The notes under the pieces: generated by a model | What the model was told of the DNA's origin: nothing | Databases searched by the model: none | What the model saw: the letters and a program-made list of their open reading frames with translations, nothing else | Assembly (NCBI GenBank): GCA_002269645.1 | Contig: NIVC01002507.1 | Span: 1 to 64,000, forward strand | Source: Macrostomum lignano | Taxonomy: Eukaryota | Length of the DNA stretch: 64,000 bases | Direction of reading: 5' to 3' | Program-made: the position numbers and the translations under genes | Shown: piece by piece, positions 29,101 to 42,500 of the stretch | Layout: each line of letters opens with the position of its first letter | Position numbering within the stretch: the first letter of the stretch is position 1

Positions 29101-30449
29101 TGATGACCCAATCAGCATGATGACCCAATCAGTATGATGACCCAATCAGTATGATGACCCAATCAGCATGATGACCCAATCAGTATGATGACCCAATCAG
29201 CATGATGACCCAATCAGTATGATGACCCAATCAGTATGATGACCCAATCAGTATGATGACCCAATCAGTATGATGACCCAATCAGTATGATGACCAAATC
29301 AGTGACGCCCAAATCAGTATGATGACCCAATCAGTATGATGACCCAATCGGTATGATGACCCAATCAGTTACGCCCCAATCAGTGACGCCCCAATCAGTG
29401 ACGCCCCAATCAGTGACGCCCCAATCAGTATGATGACCCAATCAGTATGATGACCCAATCAGTATGATGACCCAATCAGTATGATGACCCAATCAGTATG
29501 ATGACCCAATCAGTATGATGACCCAATCAGTATGATGACCCAATCAGTATGATGACCCAATCAGTATGATGACCCAATCAGTATGATGACCCAATCAGTA
29601 TGATGACCCAATCAGTATGATGACCCAATCAGTATGATGACTCAATCAGTATGATGACCCAATCAGTATGATGACCCAATCAGTATGATGACCCAATCAG
29701 TATGATGACCCAATCAGTATGATGACCCAATCAGTATGATGACCCAATCAGTATGATGACCCAATCAGTATGATGACCCAATCAGTATGATGACCCAATC
29801 AGTATGATGACCCAATCAGTATGATGACCCAATCAGTATGATGACCCAATCAGTATGATGACCCAATCAGTATGATGACCCAATCAGTATGATGACCCAA
29901 TCAGTATGATGACCCAATCAGTATGATGACCCAATCAGTATGATGACCCAATCAGTATGATGACCCAATCAGTATGATGACCCAATCAGTATGATGACCC
30001 AATCAGTATGATGACCCAATCAGTATGATGACCCAATCAGTATGATGACCCAATCAGTATGATGACCCAATCAGTATGATGACCCAATCAGTATGATGAC
30101 CCAATCAGTATGATGACCCAATCAGTATGATGACCCAATCAGTATGATGACCCAATCAGTATGATGACCCAATCAGTATGATGACCCAATCAGTATGATG
30201 ACCCAATCAGTATGATGACCCAATCAGTATGATGACCCAATCAGTATGATGACCCAATCAGTATGATGACCCAATCAGTATGATGACCCAATCAGTATGA
30301 TTCACCCCAAGCAAAAACCGGATTCCGCAACAGAAATTCCAGCTGGTGCAAGAAATTAAGCGTCGCATCACTCACATTTGAAATGTGGCAGACAGCAGCA
30401 GAAGAGTCGCCAGGCTTCTGCCAATCGCCATCTGCAGATTCAGTCGCAT
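26135..30449 (-). CDS. Receptor-like type-I membrane protein gene, copy D (best candidate for an intact copy)
   Basis: E1 30449-30376, E2 28263-27968 (contains RRWKR), E3 ending 27454, E4 27360-27113, E5 26996-26822, E6 26720-26135 are all stop-free. I could not find an in-phase acceptor for E3, so functionality is unproven. Confidence 0.6.
28480..30300 (+). repeat. 17-bp satellite (CCAATCAGTATGATGAC)~107 in intron 1 of copy D
   Basis: Near-perfect tandem 17-mer with occasional AGCATG and TGACGCCC variants. Confidence 0.98.
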
Positions 30450-32048
30450 GTCGCTCACTTCCGGCACCTAAAAATCGCGATGTGAGGTGGACGCTGCATG
30501 CAGGAGATTGTGTGTCCGCTCAGCATTTATAGGTAAAGACGTGAAACTGCCGAACAAGCTGGATATTCGTAAATGCCATCAAACTTCTAGTACACGTACG
30601 AGCCTTCTTCTAATTTAAGTATTTTAGTGTTTTAGTACCCGGATGTAGTGACACAATTAACTTGGCTTTTTGTTAACCCAACCCTGAGACCAAGGAATTT
30701 CACATGCAATATGCGTCTTGATTTGACTTTTATTTGATTTTAAATATAAAATTGCATCTGGTGAGACAGACTCATCCTTTGCTCTGACTTTCATGAGCAA
30801 AATTATATTCTAGTGCCTCTAATGAACCCCTATAGCTATGATACTACATGCATTACAAAGAAATCAAATTAATCAATCAATCAATCAATCAATCAAATCA
30901 ATCAGTTGAATACGAAAATCATTTAGCAATCGAAGTACAATACACAATACACAGCCCCTAATCGAACGACAGTAGAAAGTTCCGTGGGAACAAAAAATAT
31001 TTTGTTTGACATTCTTAACTTCTATTTTTTCTTCATTCTATCTTTCCTTAAACAAATATCATTTGACAAAAGCACTCTTAACATTGCCATCAAATTATGC
31101 TAAAATTTCTTAAAAATTATGGTAACTAAGTGGTAACCCAACTCACTGTCCATGTGGACTCACTCACCAAGAGATGTTGGCCAACTCCAGCTTCTTGCAG
31201 ACTTTTTACAAGAAAAGTTAGGAAGGGAGCACCACGGATAACCCATGATTTTACAGGCGAAGCCGCGATAACTCTGTGGCGAATCTAAGTAAAATCCAAG
31301 TAAAACCCACGGCTTTTCCGTTCGAATTTGCTCTAAAGCAGTTGGAGCTTGCCCTTTTTTTCCAAGTACAACTAAAAGGCAATTCCATGGAAATTCAGTC
31401 AGTAGAATTATTTAAATAGGGTTGGAGTATGGGGTGTGCAAGCGCAGTTGCCGTCCTTTACCCCACTTCTGTACATAGCATGCCAGGTAAGAGAAGCAGA
31501 GGCAGTTTATGGCCGCCCGTTAGCGGAGCCCATCCGACGCTAAAAATAGCCCGTTAGCGGGGTCCGCCCCACGGTGGGGTGGGCTCCCTTAGCGTGGGCC
31601 AGCCCTAACTTAGGATATGCCATTGCGGGGCTGTGGAGAAGCAGACGCCAGAACTTGACTCGCATTGGTTGTCAAGATACATGGCACTAATTCAAAAAAG
31701 AAAAAAACATTTTTTCGGCTCCATTGCGTGAGAACTAAATGCATTGACCTTGCCAGGCCGCTAAAATGGGCGTCCAAAGGCTGAAATTGGCGCCGGTATA
31801 TTAAAATTGGTGCCCAGAAGTAGCAAGCTGATATATGCTGCCACTTCTACGCCCGTTGGCACATTCCAGCGCTGATTTAGGGATCCTGGCGCCGATTTGG
31901 TGATCCTGGCGCCAAATTTGACTTTCGGCGCCAATTCCAGCTTTCCCGCGTTATTTTGAGCTTTTCTGCGCCGATTTGAGCTTTCTAGCTCTGTTTTAGG
32001 TTTTATCGAGCTGATTTCAGCATTCTGGCGCCAAATTTGACTTCCGGC

Positions 32049-33690
32049 CATAGAAATCATAGAAGCGCCATGTAAAAATCATAGAAGCGTCATGTAAAAA
32101 TCATAGAAGCGTCATGTAAAAATCATAGAAGCGTCATGTAAACAATCATAGAAGCGTCATGTAAAAATCATAGAAGCGTCATGTAAAAATCATAGAAGCG
32201 TCATGTAAACAATCATTGAAGCGTCATGTAAACAATCATAGAAGCGCCATGTAAACAATCATTGAAGCGTCATGTAAAAATCATAAAAGCGTCATGTATA
32301 AAATCATAGAAGCGTCATGTAAAAATCATAGAAGCGTCATGTAAAAATCATAGAAGCGTCATGTAAAAAATCATAGAAGCGTCATGTAAAAAATCGTAGA
32401 AGCGTCATGTAAAAATCATAGAAGCGTCATGTAAACAATCATAGAAGCGTTATTTAAAAATCATAGAAGCATCATGTAAACAATCATAGAAGCGTCATGT
32501 AAAAATCATAGAAGCGTCATGTAAAAAATCATAGAAGCGTCATGTAAAAAATCGTAGAAGCGTCATGTAAAAATCATAGAAGCGTCATGTAAAAATCATA
32601 AAAGCGTCATGTAAAAATCATATAAGCCTCAGGTAAAAATCAAATAAGCGTCATGTAAAAATCATAGAAGCGTCATGAAAAAATCATAGAAGCATCATGT
32701 AAAAAATCATAGAAGCGTCATGTAAAGATCATAGAAGCGTCATGTAAAAATCATAGAAGCGTCATGTAAGAAATCATAGAAGCGTCATGTAAAAATCATA
32801 GAAGCGTCATGAAAAAATCATAGAAGCATCATGTAAAAAATCATAGAAGCGTCATGTAAAGATCATAGAAGCGTCATGTAAAAATCATAGAAGCGTCATG
32901 TAAGAAATCATAGAAGCGTCATGTAAAAAATCGTAGAAGCGTCATGTAAAAATCATAGAAGCGTCATGTAAAAATCATAAAAGCGTCATGTAAAAATCAT
33001 ATAAGCCTCAGGTAAAAATCAAATAAGCGTCATGTAAAAATCATAGAAGCGTCATGAAAAAATCATAGAAGCATCATGTAAAAAATCATAGAAGCGTCAT
33101 GTAAAGATCATAGAAGCGTCATGTAAAAATCATAGAAGCGTCATGTAAGAAATCATAGAAGCGTCATGTAAAAATCATAGAAGCGTCATGAAAAAATCAT
33201 AGAAGCATCATGTAAAAAATCATAGAAGCGTCATGTAAAGATCATAGAAGCGTCATGTAAAAATCATAGAAGCGTCATGTAAGAAATCATAGAAGCGTCA
33301 TGTAAAAAATCGTAGAAGCGTCATGTAAAAATCATAGAAGCGTCATGTAAAAATCATAAAAGCGTCATGTAAAAATCATATAAGCCTCAGGTAAAAATCA
33401 AATAAGCGTCATGTAAAAATCATAGAAGCGTCATGAAAAAATCATAGAAGCATCATGTAAAAAATCATAGAAGCGTCATGTAAAGATCATAGAAGCGTCA
33501 TGTAAAAATCATAGAAGCGTCATGTAAGAAATCATAGAAGCGTCATGTAAAAATCATAGAAGCGTCATGAAAAAATCATAGAAGCATCATGTAAAAAATC
33601 ATAGAAGCGTCATGTAAAGATCATAGAAGCGTCATGTAAAAATCATAGAAGCGTCATGTAAGAAATCATAGAAGCGTCATGAAAAAATAA
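32049..33690 (+). repeat. 22-bp satellite (TCATAGAAGCGTCATGTAAAAA)n with 379-bp higher-order period
   Basis: Tandem 22/23-mers. The variant marker GCCTCAGG recurs at 32626, 33005 and 33384. Degenerate monomers continue to ~34100. Confidence 0.95.
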
Positions 33691-34457
33691 CAGAGGCGTC
33701 ATGTAGAAAAGAAAGTAAGCTTTATGTAAAAATGAAAAAATGAAAAAATGTAAAAAAAAATAGAAGCATTATGTAAAAATCAATAAGCATCATGTAAAAA
33801 GAAGGGTCATGTCAAAAAGGAGCGTCATTTCAAAACTTAAAAAGCGTCATGTAAAATAAAAAAGCTTACTGTTGAAAATAAAACAAGCCTTCCGTAAACT
33901 CTGCTGTGACTCTTTGGAAGAATTTCTTAGATTTTAAGGTTTACGGGGGGGTTTTGAGATGTCAAGCCTTTTTGCTTTTTTTCAAGTCTTGTAAAAAATA
34001 ATAGGAGCATCATGTAAAAACACAAAAGAAACGTCATGCAAAACATAAAGGAAGCGTTATGTAAAAATAAAATGAAGCGTCATGTCAAAATAAAAGAAGA
34101 GTCACGTGAAACTGTGCTGTGACTCTTGAGGAGAATTACTGAGATGTTAAGGCTCACGGAGAATAACTGAGATGTACTCGTAATATGCTTATGAGGGATT
34201 TCTGAGATGTCTAGGTAAAATTCAGAAGCTACATCTAGTTTATTCACTTTTTTATTACATTCTTTGTTGGTTCCCCACGAGGGGCGCCAATAGAAGAAGC
34301 GTCATTTTAAACAGATGAAAGTAGATATAAAAGAAGAGTCATGTCGAAGTTAGGAGATTCATTTGGGAATCGCTACGATGTCAAGGCTTGGAGGGAATTG
34401 CTATAATGCTGTAATGTTATAATGACTCTTGGGGAGAATTACTGAAATGGCAATGCT

Positions 34458-34508
34458 TTAGGGTTAGTTAGGGCTAGGGTTAGGGTTAGGGTTAGGCTTA
34501 GGGTTAGG
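34458..34508 (+). repeat. Interstitial telomeric-type (TTAGGG)n tract
   Basis: About 8 perfect or imperfect TTAGGG units. Confidence 0.85.
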
Positions 34509-37500
34509 TTTGACAGATTTTTTAAGATTTCAAGGCTTATGGGATCATCGCTCAGATGTCAAGGGGGGGGTTTGATATGTTAAGACTTGTGGGGGGAGGA
34601 ATTGCTGAGATGTCAACGCTTACAAGCGATTGCTGAGGTTATTGCAAAGAGACACTACAATCTACATGTAGTTTATTAAAAGAACTTTTACTGGATTTTT
34701 TTGGCTCCCCAAGGGGGGGGGGCGCTGATTGCTAGTTAAATTCTGAAAATATGAACCACGAAAAGACAGGAGCAGTTAAAACTGAAAAATGACAACACTT
34801 GGGTTCGTATCATATCGGCCATCGGGTGTTTCATAGTCTAAACCAGTGATAACAATAATCAAACTGGTTTTAAAGAAACATTCATCTGCTTCTCATTTTC
34901 TATTAATGTTGCTATGGTGACCAAAGTATCCAGGTATCCAGGCGATATCCAAGTGCAGGTTTGTGGTGCCCCTATGACATCGCAGCGGCCAGGCCATAGG
35001 CGTTGTACATCCTGGGCTCCGCGTTCCGGCTGGACAAAGAATGCCGGCAGCCGAGTGGCCAGGCGGAAATCTCGCCCGCTGCACTCCGGCAACGGCAGAG
35101 CGCGCTGGAGCGATGGAGCCCTCGTAGCGATCGGGCAGAATCTGAATGAGAGAGCAAAATGTGTTTTTGACTGCATGGTTAGTTTCGTTGCTTCGATACA
35201 TGTCGGCTGTTTTGTGATATTAATTTACAGTTTATAAGGTTGCAACTTGTTTCATCAATGATTTAACGGCCCAGCGTAAAAAACTGTAGAATTTTAGCAA
35301 AGTAAATCACAGTATGTTGATTACTAGCCAAGGTAAATTCTAGTACCTAGGAAGAAGTACCTAGGTATCCAGGTAATAAAAGTTCCTAGGGAGCGCTGGG
35401 AGGAGTGCATGGCGCTCCCACCGGACCCCTAAATCCGCGCCCCTGGCTACAGCTGTTGCGAAAGATTTTAAAAGTGTCATTTTTAGTCAGTTACTTCAGT
35501 ATTTCTGTTTTACTGAACTTTTATACTCGAAGTACCTCGTAATTCAATTTACGAGGGGTGTTAATTCAGAAGTACAATTCATAAGTACAATTCAGAATTT
35601 ACGTTACAGTTGTAATCAGAAAAGGATTTATGGATTCCGACTGGGGGTATTTGCTTTAGACGAGTCAATTATGGATGGAATGTGCTCATCTGTTGTGGAA
35701 GGATGCAATAACTCGCTAGGCGGCACCGCCAAGCATCAGAACGTGGCCGCCGGCCGGCCATCGTCGCGGAACGCCATCTCAGCGGACAAAATCAGCGATG
35801 GCCTCGTTCAGTCGGGGAGGTGAACAGCGTCCCGAGTAGCCAAACCACGGCTAGCCAGCCATGAGGTCTGCTGGCAGCGGATTCTGTCACCTGCGGGTTG
35901 ATTGCGGCGGATTGCGTTTAGTGCAACCTGAGCAACTGTAAATTAAAATCACAAAACAGCCGATATGTATCGAAGGGCGATTCTGCTCTAGTGTAAACAG
36001 AATTCCAAACAATATTATCGCTTTGCTTAAAATGCTAACATTCAGTATCTCATTGTACTCCAGCATAAGATCAATTTATTTGACTACTCTACTCTTTATT
36101 TGACTTCCTAAACTAGAAAAGGAAATAAGATCATACAGCAACCACAATTCAAGTATTTCAGGGCCAATGAAGTGCCAAAGGGGGCGCCGGATTGCCAGAA
36201 TTTAACGAACGTGAGATTTTGAATATCCGCGTGAATTTAGATTTTGTTCAAATTCCTAATTTGTTTTAACTTTGCGCGGAAATTCAAAATTTATTTTTCT
36301 GCCTTTTTTGACATAATATTTACAAACGGATGCAGTATACGAGTATTCTGAAAATAAAAACAACTTCTAAAGGACAAGTCCAATCTATAGAAATTAGAAA
36401 ACTGGGACTCAGCGATTCTGCGAATTAGGAAATTAGCCTGTCTATCAATTTTAGAATAACTCGCTTGGTACCTTACTTTGCTAAGTTTGTTTTTCAAAAT
36501 CTTTTACGTTTAAAACGAAAATGGATGGCTAGTCGTCCTCACTTCTTGCGCCTGTACTATTTTTCTTTGACCAAATTTCCACCTTTAACATTATAGAAGA
36601 ATATAAGATTCCTAGCATATTGCAATTATAAGCTAGACATAAAAGAAAATACAATGAGTACAATGCAAATTAAGAACCAACGTACGTTTGCTTACCTTTG
36701 GAATAAAGAAATAACGAAAGCCTTACGAGCGTATTAAGAATAAATCTCAAGATCTTAAAGATTTAACTGGGTCAAATAAGTTAATAAATGATATGTATTA
36801 AAAAGTAGAAACTATACGTTGAATGAAACGCGTTTATTTAAAGAATACAATTCCTTGCAGCTTAAAACGAAATGCGTTCTGGGAGTTTTTTTTGGAAGAG
36901 TTGGGAAAGACAAAGAGCCGTCTTCATCCAGTATATATTAATATACGAGAATGAGTCACGGATGTGCAGTCTTTTCAGCTAGCTTCATTGCTAGTACAGT
37001 GCTAGTACGCTAGTGCGCACTAGCGTTCCACACTCACCCCACACCCACCCCACCTCTCCCTCTCCGCTCGTGGGCTGGCCCCCGCTAAGGGAGCCCATCC
37101 CACCGTGGGCTGGGTCCCGTTAACGGGCTATTTTTAGCGTGGGATGGGCTCCGCTAGGGGCGGGCCGTTAGGTGCCACTTCTGTACGTAGCATGCCAGGA
37201 AAGAGAAGAAAGAGAAGCAGAGGAGGCACGCTCGATCTGTATCGTGCAAATGCTTCCCGACCAAGCATGCACTGTTCTCTGTACACTCTGTTCCCTAACG
37301 CCAGTGCTGTACAAAAAAGAGAACTTCAGTTGTACAGAGAACTTTAGAGTTCTTTATTTATTGTTTTTTCGAAAGGTGGTGAAGTAGACAAATTCGCATG
37401 CATACAGATCCCACAAATAGCTCGTAAATAATAAGCCTACCGTTCGTTTCTAAAGCAGTCAACTGCAGGGAATGATTACAAGCATGTGACATTGGGTCTG

Positions 37501-37626
37501 GCGGATGTCACTGTTGTCTAGGTTAAGAGACAAAAATTTTCTTTGGGGTTCACAGGGGCTTCAAAATGTGTTTATGAATTCTTATTTTAGTTAAGTTCAA
37601 CAACTGCGAGCAGTGCGAGCTAAAAG

Positions 37627-37888
37627 GGCTTCCACAATGTCGAAATTTCACAACGTCGAAAACCTCATATAACAAAAAACAAGCAGTAGTTTTCTACGTT
37701 GTGAAATTTCAACCTTATAAAGTCCTTTGCTAAAGTTTTCGATGTTGTAAAATTTCCACCTTGTGAAGTTTCGACTTTGTGAAAGTGGCTGCTATTTGAG
37801 TTTTCTACGTTATGAAATTTCGACCTTTTGAAAAAATGTGCTTTCGACGTTGTGAAATTTCAAGTTTGTGAACCCCCCGCCCCCAGCG
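37627..37888. mobile_element. MITE-like insertion built from TTTCGACGTTGTGAAAT repeats
   Basis: Absent from paralogs (gcgagctaaaagtactg). AAAAG is present on both sides; inverted copies of the motif at ~37640-37661 and ~37842-37860. The same motif occurs at ~218-262. Confidence 0.6.
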
Positions 37889-39530
37889 AAAAGTACTGTG
37901 GTGCAGAAACAGCATGGCTGCATGAGTACTAGTTTCGTCACTCTCATTTTGTATTTTTGGTGGAAAACTTTAGCTAGAACTTTAGGGTATGTCTTACATT
38001 ATCCCGATTTCACATTTCTAAGATTTCAGATTCCCCAAATTTTACATTCCCCCAAGATTTTACATTGCCCCGGATTTTAAATTTTCCCAGATTTCACATT
38101 CCCCAGATTTTGCATTCCCCAAATTTCTAATTCCCCAAATTTTACATCCCGAAACTTTTCATGCTCCAAATTTTACATTCCCCAGATTTCCTTGGCGTCG
38201 CAAGTAAACAAAAAGGATACGCTGTCAGAGTCCTTTGACGGTAGCGGCACAAGTCGCAAAGGAATGCCACATTGCCGACCGAAACCGGGTCGCCAGCGTC
38301 AGCCAGAAAACTGGAGACAAGGCGCAAACCCGTGATACGTACGACTGCCTGATTGTGCCAGCCGCTCTCACCCCATGTACGCAAGGCGAACCCCAGAGCT
38401 ATTTTTAGCAACACATCTGTATAGTGCCATCTGAATGTGAAAGTGCAAGAGGATTCTCTGGTCTGTGTTGAACGCTCTTTAATTTTTAAACGTTTGCGTT
38501 ATTAACAAGTTTTTTCTGTTATCTTCTGCTTGCATGGCAGAAAGACTTTCAAACACACTGGCCTGTAAAGACCCTATGAGTGAGGCCCAAATCTCAGAAT
38601 TCGCAGCACAGAATATTCAAAGCAGGGTATTTGATCTAGTCAAAAAGAACGCATAGGCACAATGCAAAAAATGCATAGTTTGAGTTGGGTAGTGTTACAG
38701 CTCAACGAAGTTTCTCTCTGTGCCATTTTTAGGCAACCATCAACCCCAACGCATTTTGTTGGGAGTCTTCTGTGTCACGCGTTCGCAGGCTGCTGGCTGC
38801 TGCAGCCTCTAATCTCGGAAACAGTTATTAAAAAAATAAACAATGCTGAAAATGTGTCATTATGTGTCATTGCTATGTGCATGCTATATGCGCTAGTAAA
38901 CTTCTTACATTTTCATTACAAAACGTAAATTTGCAAAAGGGTTACAGTTAAAATGGTTAGATTAGTAGGTACAATAATTTTGTTAAAATAAATTTGCAGG
39001 CTTTGAATTTACCTACTAATACTATTAATACCCAAAATTGTCCATGCACTCGTTTTTTTACCACTGTTTAATTCATCAACAAACTAAACAGTCAATTCTT
39101 ATTCCACACATCTTTCGCGTTAGTGCAGTGAAAACATCAAAAGATGTGTGGATGGATAAGGTAAAGCAGTAAATGAATTCTAAGTAAATGAAATATTTAT
39201 AATATTTACAGCGATTACCGCATTTATAAAGCAGAAAAATTGTTGCATATTAGTGACAGCATAAGTGTACAGTGATCACTCGCATATAACAGCTAGCGAA
39301 CTTCTCACTCAATCCTCGTAGTTCATTCTTAGTAAAGCTGCTAACACTTAGTTAACACCAGCAACAAAATCATAAAATATTGTCTGTTGAATCTTCAAAC
39401 CAGTCATTACCGGATGCGTCCGATGAGGAAGTGAAGCTGGATTTCGAGCAAACAGACTCCATAACTATTAATGATTTTGTCTCTTTTGCAAGCGCGGATA
39501 TTGCTGATCAAAGCGAGATGATTAGCGTGA

Positions 39531-42500
39531 CTAAATGAGAGCTGGTAGGCTTTCAAGCTGTTTTATGTGCGTGCTGTAGCCAGAATGAACCAGAGGTTTT
39601 TGGGCGTCGGATTGGCAGGCCCCCTCAGGCCCTCCTCCCTTTTCAACGGGGCTTGGGACCGTCTTTGGCGAAGCTGCTGCTTCACGTTGAAGGCATTGCC
39701 GTCGACTCACAAAAATTAGCGTTAAAGTAGAGAGAAATAACAATAGAATCAAACCAGCAGCCACAAATTGAACCATAATCAGCCTCATCCGTTCAGGACT
39801 GGGACTTGTTTGCTCTTCTTCCGCAGCCGGCTGGGCAGCCGCAAGCATCCAGTTGAGCACAGGTTGGCTCGAGTCTCCGCATCTGTTTCTGGCCGCATCC
39901 GGGAAGCTGATCAGAGCCGGAAGCTGCTCACTGCAGTCCGTAAAGCTCACCAGCCCGAGTACCTCACCATCAATGTTAAGATTGACAGCTCTGAGTGAAC
40001 CACAGGAAACTGAGGAGTTCGTACTCTGGACGGTATGGTTTCTGGAATTAAAGTGTAAAGAGTTGTGAAATTTGATTTAATTAGCCAGCCAATTGTTCCG
40101 ACAGCAGATAAACTGTTATTCTCAAGTTAAGAAACTCACAGCTTATCAGCATCCTCGAACTCAGCCATTTTGCAGCCTTCTGCCCCGCAGTTCAGGTAGA
40201 AGACTTTCTTGGTCCTGTGCTCATAGAACAGTCCGATGCGAAGCCTCTGTGCAAGACTCAGCGGCTCCTTGCTGCGGGTGCTCAGGCCGGAGCCGACGCG
40301 AGTTCGCTGGCCTGGAGCCGGTGTTCAAGGGGAGTGAAATTGTGCAAAAGTTAAGGTGTGCGGTCTACAACCCAAGGTAAACAGCGATGTTCAGTAAAGG
40401 ACACTGCATGCGTTCAATAAGCTGGCGCTGAAAACCATTTCTAAGTTACTGCAGGCGAGGAATTTACATCTCTCGTGCGTACTGCTCCTATTGTGGGTTT
40501 TGCGGCGGTTTAACATAACGGCTTTGTCGGCCTGAAACTTGTGAATATTATTCGATAATAATATGAAAACTATCGATGTAAAAGTAAGTGCAGGACAACT
40601 TTATGTTTCTGATTATGGCGCTATCTGGTATCATGGGTTATATTATTGATGCTGTGTGAAGCATGCATATTGCAAAAATAATGTAACTTAGGCCATAGGA
40701 GCTTGGGGTATGAGATGCAACAGCAAATAAAACGAAGGTTTGTAACTTGAAAACTTTATTGAAATAAGAGCGTATTTGGAAATGCAGTTTTTAATTTGCA
40801 TTAATTATTATTAATTAATTTGAAAATTCGCCAATTAATTCGGCTTAAATTACCTACAGAGTGTGATTAAACCTTTTAATCACTGTCTTGTTTATGATTG
40901 GTAATCTGGTGAAAAATGTTTTTTTCAGTGGCGAAAAGGAGCATTTTTGAGCAATTGTTCAAATTTGATGCATACGCTCGTACACCGCAGCACAATTATC
41001 AAGGCAAAACTTCTGGCTACGCATGCATTCTTTCTTTACCTGCGCTGTTACGTTGTAATAAGCTTTAAATATTGATTTAGTACTGACATGGCGGGTACAA
41101 GACCTGAATTTACCAGTTTTCTTGACCCGAAATGTTACTGTACTCTAAAATTTGGTGATAGACTTCAAGTTGATTCAATGCAAGCTGCACGCCACAGACA
41201 TTAACCGTAGGAATACCTCAGGGAATTTCTCAGTTAAAATTTCTCAGGGAAAGGCTCATTCGCACTCATTCTCAGGAGCCATTAAATTCAATAGCTAATG
41301 TGCAATGGAATATAGAATTTTACTTCATTTGATTGCAATTTAAATAAGCTTTTGTAGTGTAATTTAAGGTGCTATTTCTAAGATGGCTTTGTTTTTATCC
41401 CTAATCCATTCCTGACATACATGTAGTATATTGAGGGAAGTTCACTAACACAGCAGCACTCAGCCCTGTTTTAAGATATATAGTCTTCATGCACTAGTAA
41501 TTCGTACATTATTGTTTCATTTCGCTAAGTGTTTGTAAAGCCACCGGTTCACTCCAGCTTACTCTCTGTGACGAAGTTCTGCAGAGCCGCGGAGCTGTTG
41601 AAGCTGGCGAGCCTCATGACTCCGCTGTCAGCGCTCATCGCAGCGAGCTCAGCAGTCAGGTTCCGACGAACCGATCCTGTGGTGTAGCAGTTGCTCTCAA
41701 AATTTGTAATGTTTCTGCAGCAGAATCCCGGCTCCATCAGCCGAATTTGTAGACCCGGGATATTCGCTGAGCTTTTCCGATTCAGCCGGAATGAGACCGT
41801 CAGGTAGCTCCTACAGTTTTTATGTAGAGTGCAGTGGTTGAGTTCAATTACAGAATTATAGATTTCAGAGAATTGGCCAGCTCTATCGTACCCTTTGGTC
41901 AGTTGCAGCACGCGCAGCATCTCCAGTTCCACTGGCTTTGGCTCGCTTGTTGAAGGCGACGAGCAAGTGGCTGGAAATGCATTGGGATTTTTATTAGCAG
42001 GGTGAGAATGAAAGCATTTGGCCGGTTTTATTAAGTACCAGCTAGCATGGGTCAAAAACTACTGACTGCTTGTTTACGGTAATGGTTAGAACTGGAAATC
42101 GAAACCAATATCACCTGTATGACAGCAAGTTTAACGGTGCTCAAAGCAGCTTACAGTCCGAAGCCTTCGAGTGCAGTTCGTATCGCATCGGTTGCTGCTG
42201 TGCAGCTGAATCCAAAGATCTTGCCCACCTCCGCTGGCTTAAGTGCGCCTCCGTGTCAAAGCCAGTCAGAACCACAACGGCATTGTCAAGATGGTCAGTC
42301 AGAATCTTCCATTTGCAGTTGAGTCCTTCCTCAGGCACAGGGTCCGCGTCAGCTTTCGGAATGATTCGATCCTCAATGAACTCGAGTTTTTTGCTGAGCT
42401 GGAACTCATTGGTGATGCCACGCGGATAGCAGTACTCGTTGCCTGCAAGAGCTCTGTGGAGAAGAAGAATGAGGAGGAGTATATTTTTTTGTAAATGGAC

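Larger units (their letters stand above)
31501..37176. mobile_element. Non-autonomous ~5.7-kb element with ~105-bp terminal inverted repeats (foldback/MULE-like)
   Basis: 31501-31605 (GGCAGTTTATGGCCGCCCGTTAGCGGAGCCCATCCGACGCTAAAAATAGCCCG...) is the reverse complement of ~37070-37176. It interrupts the spacer block; no transposase ORF inside. Confidence 0.8.
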
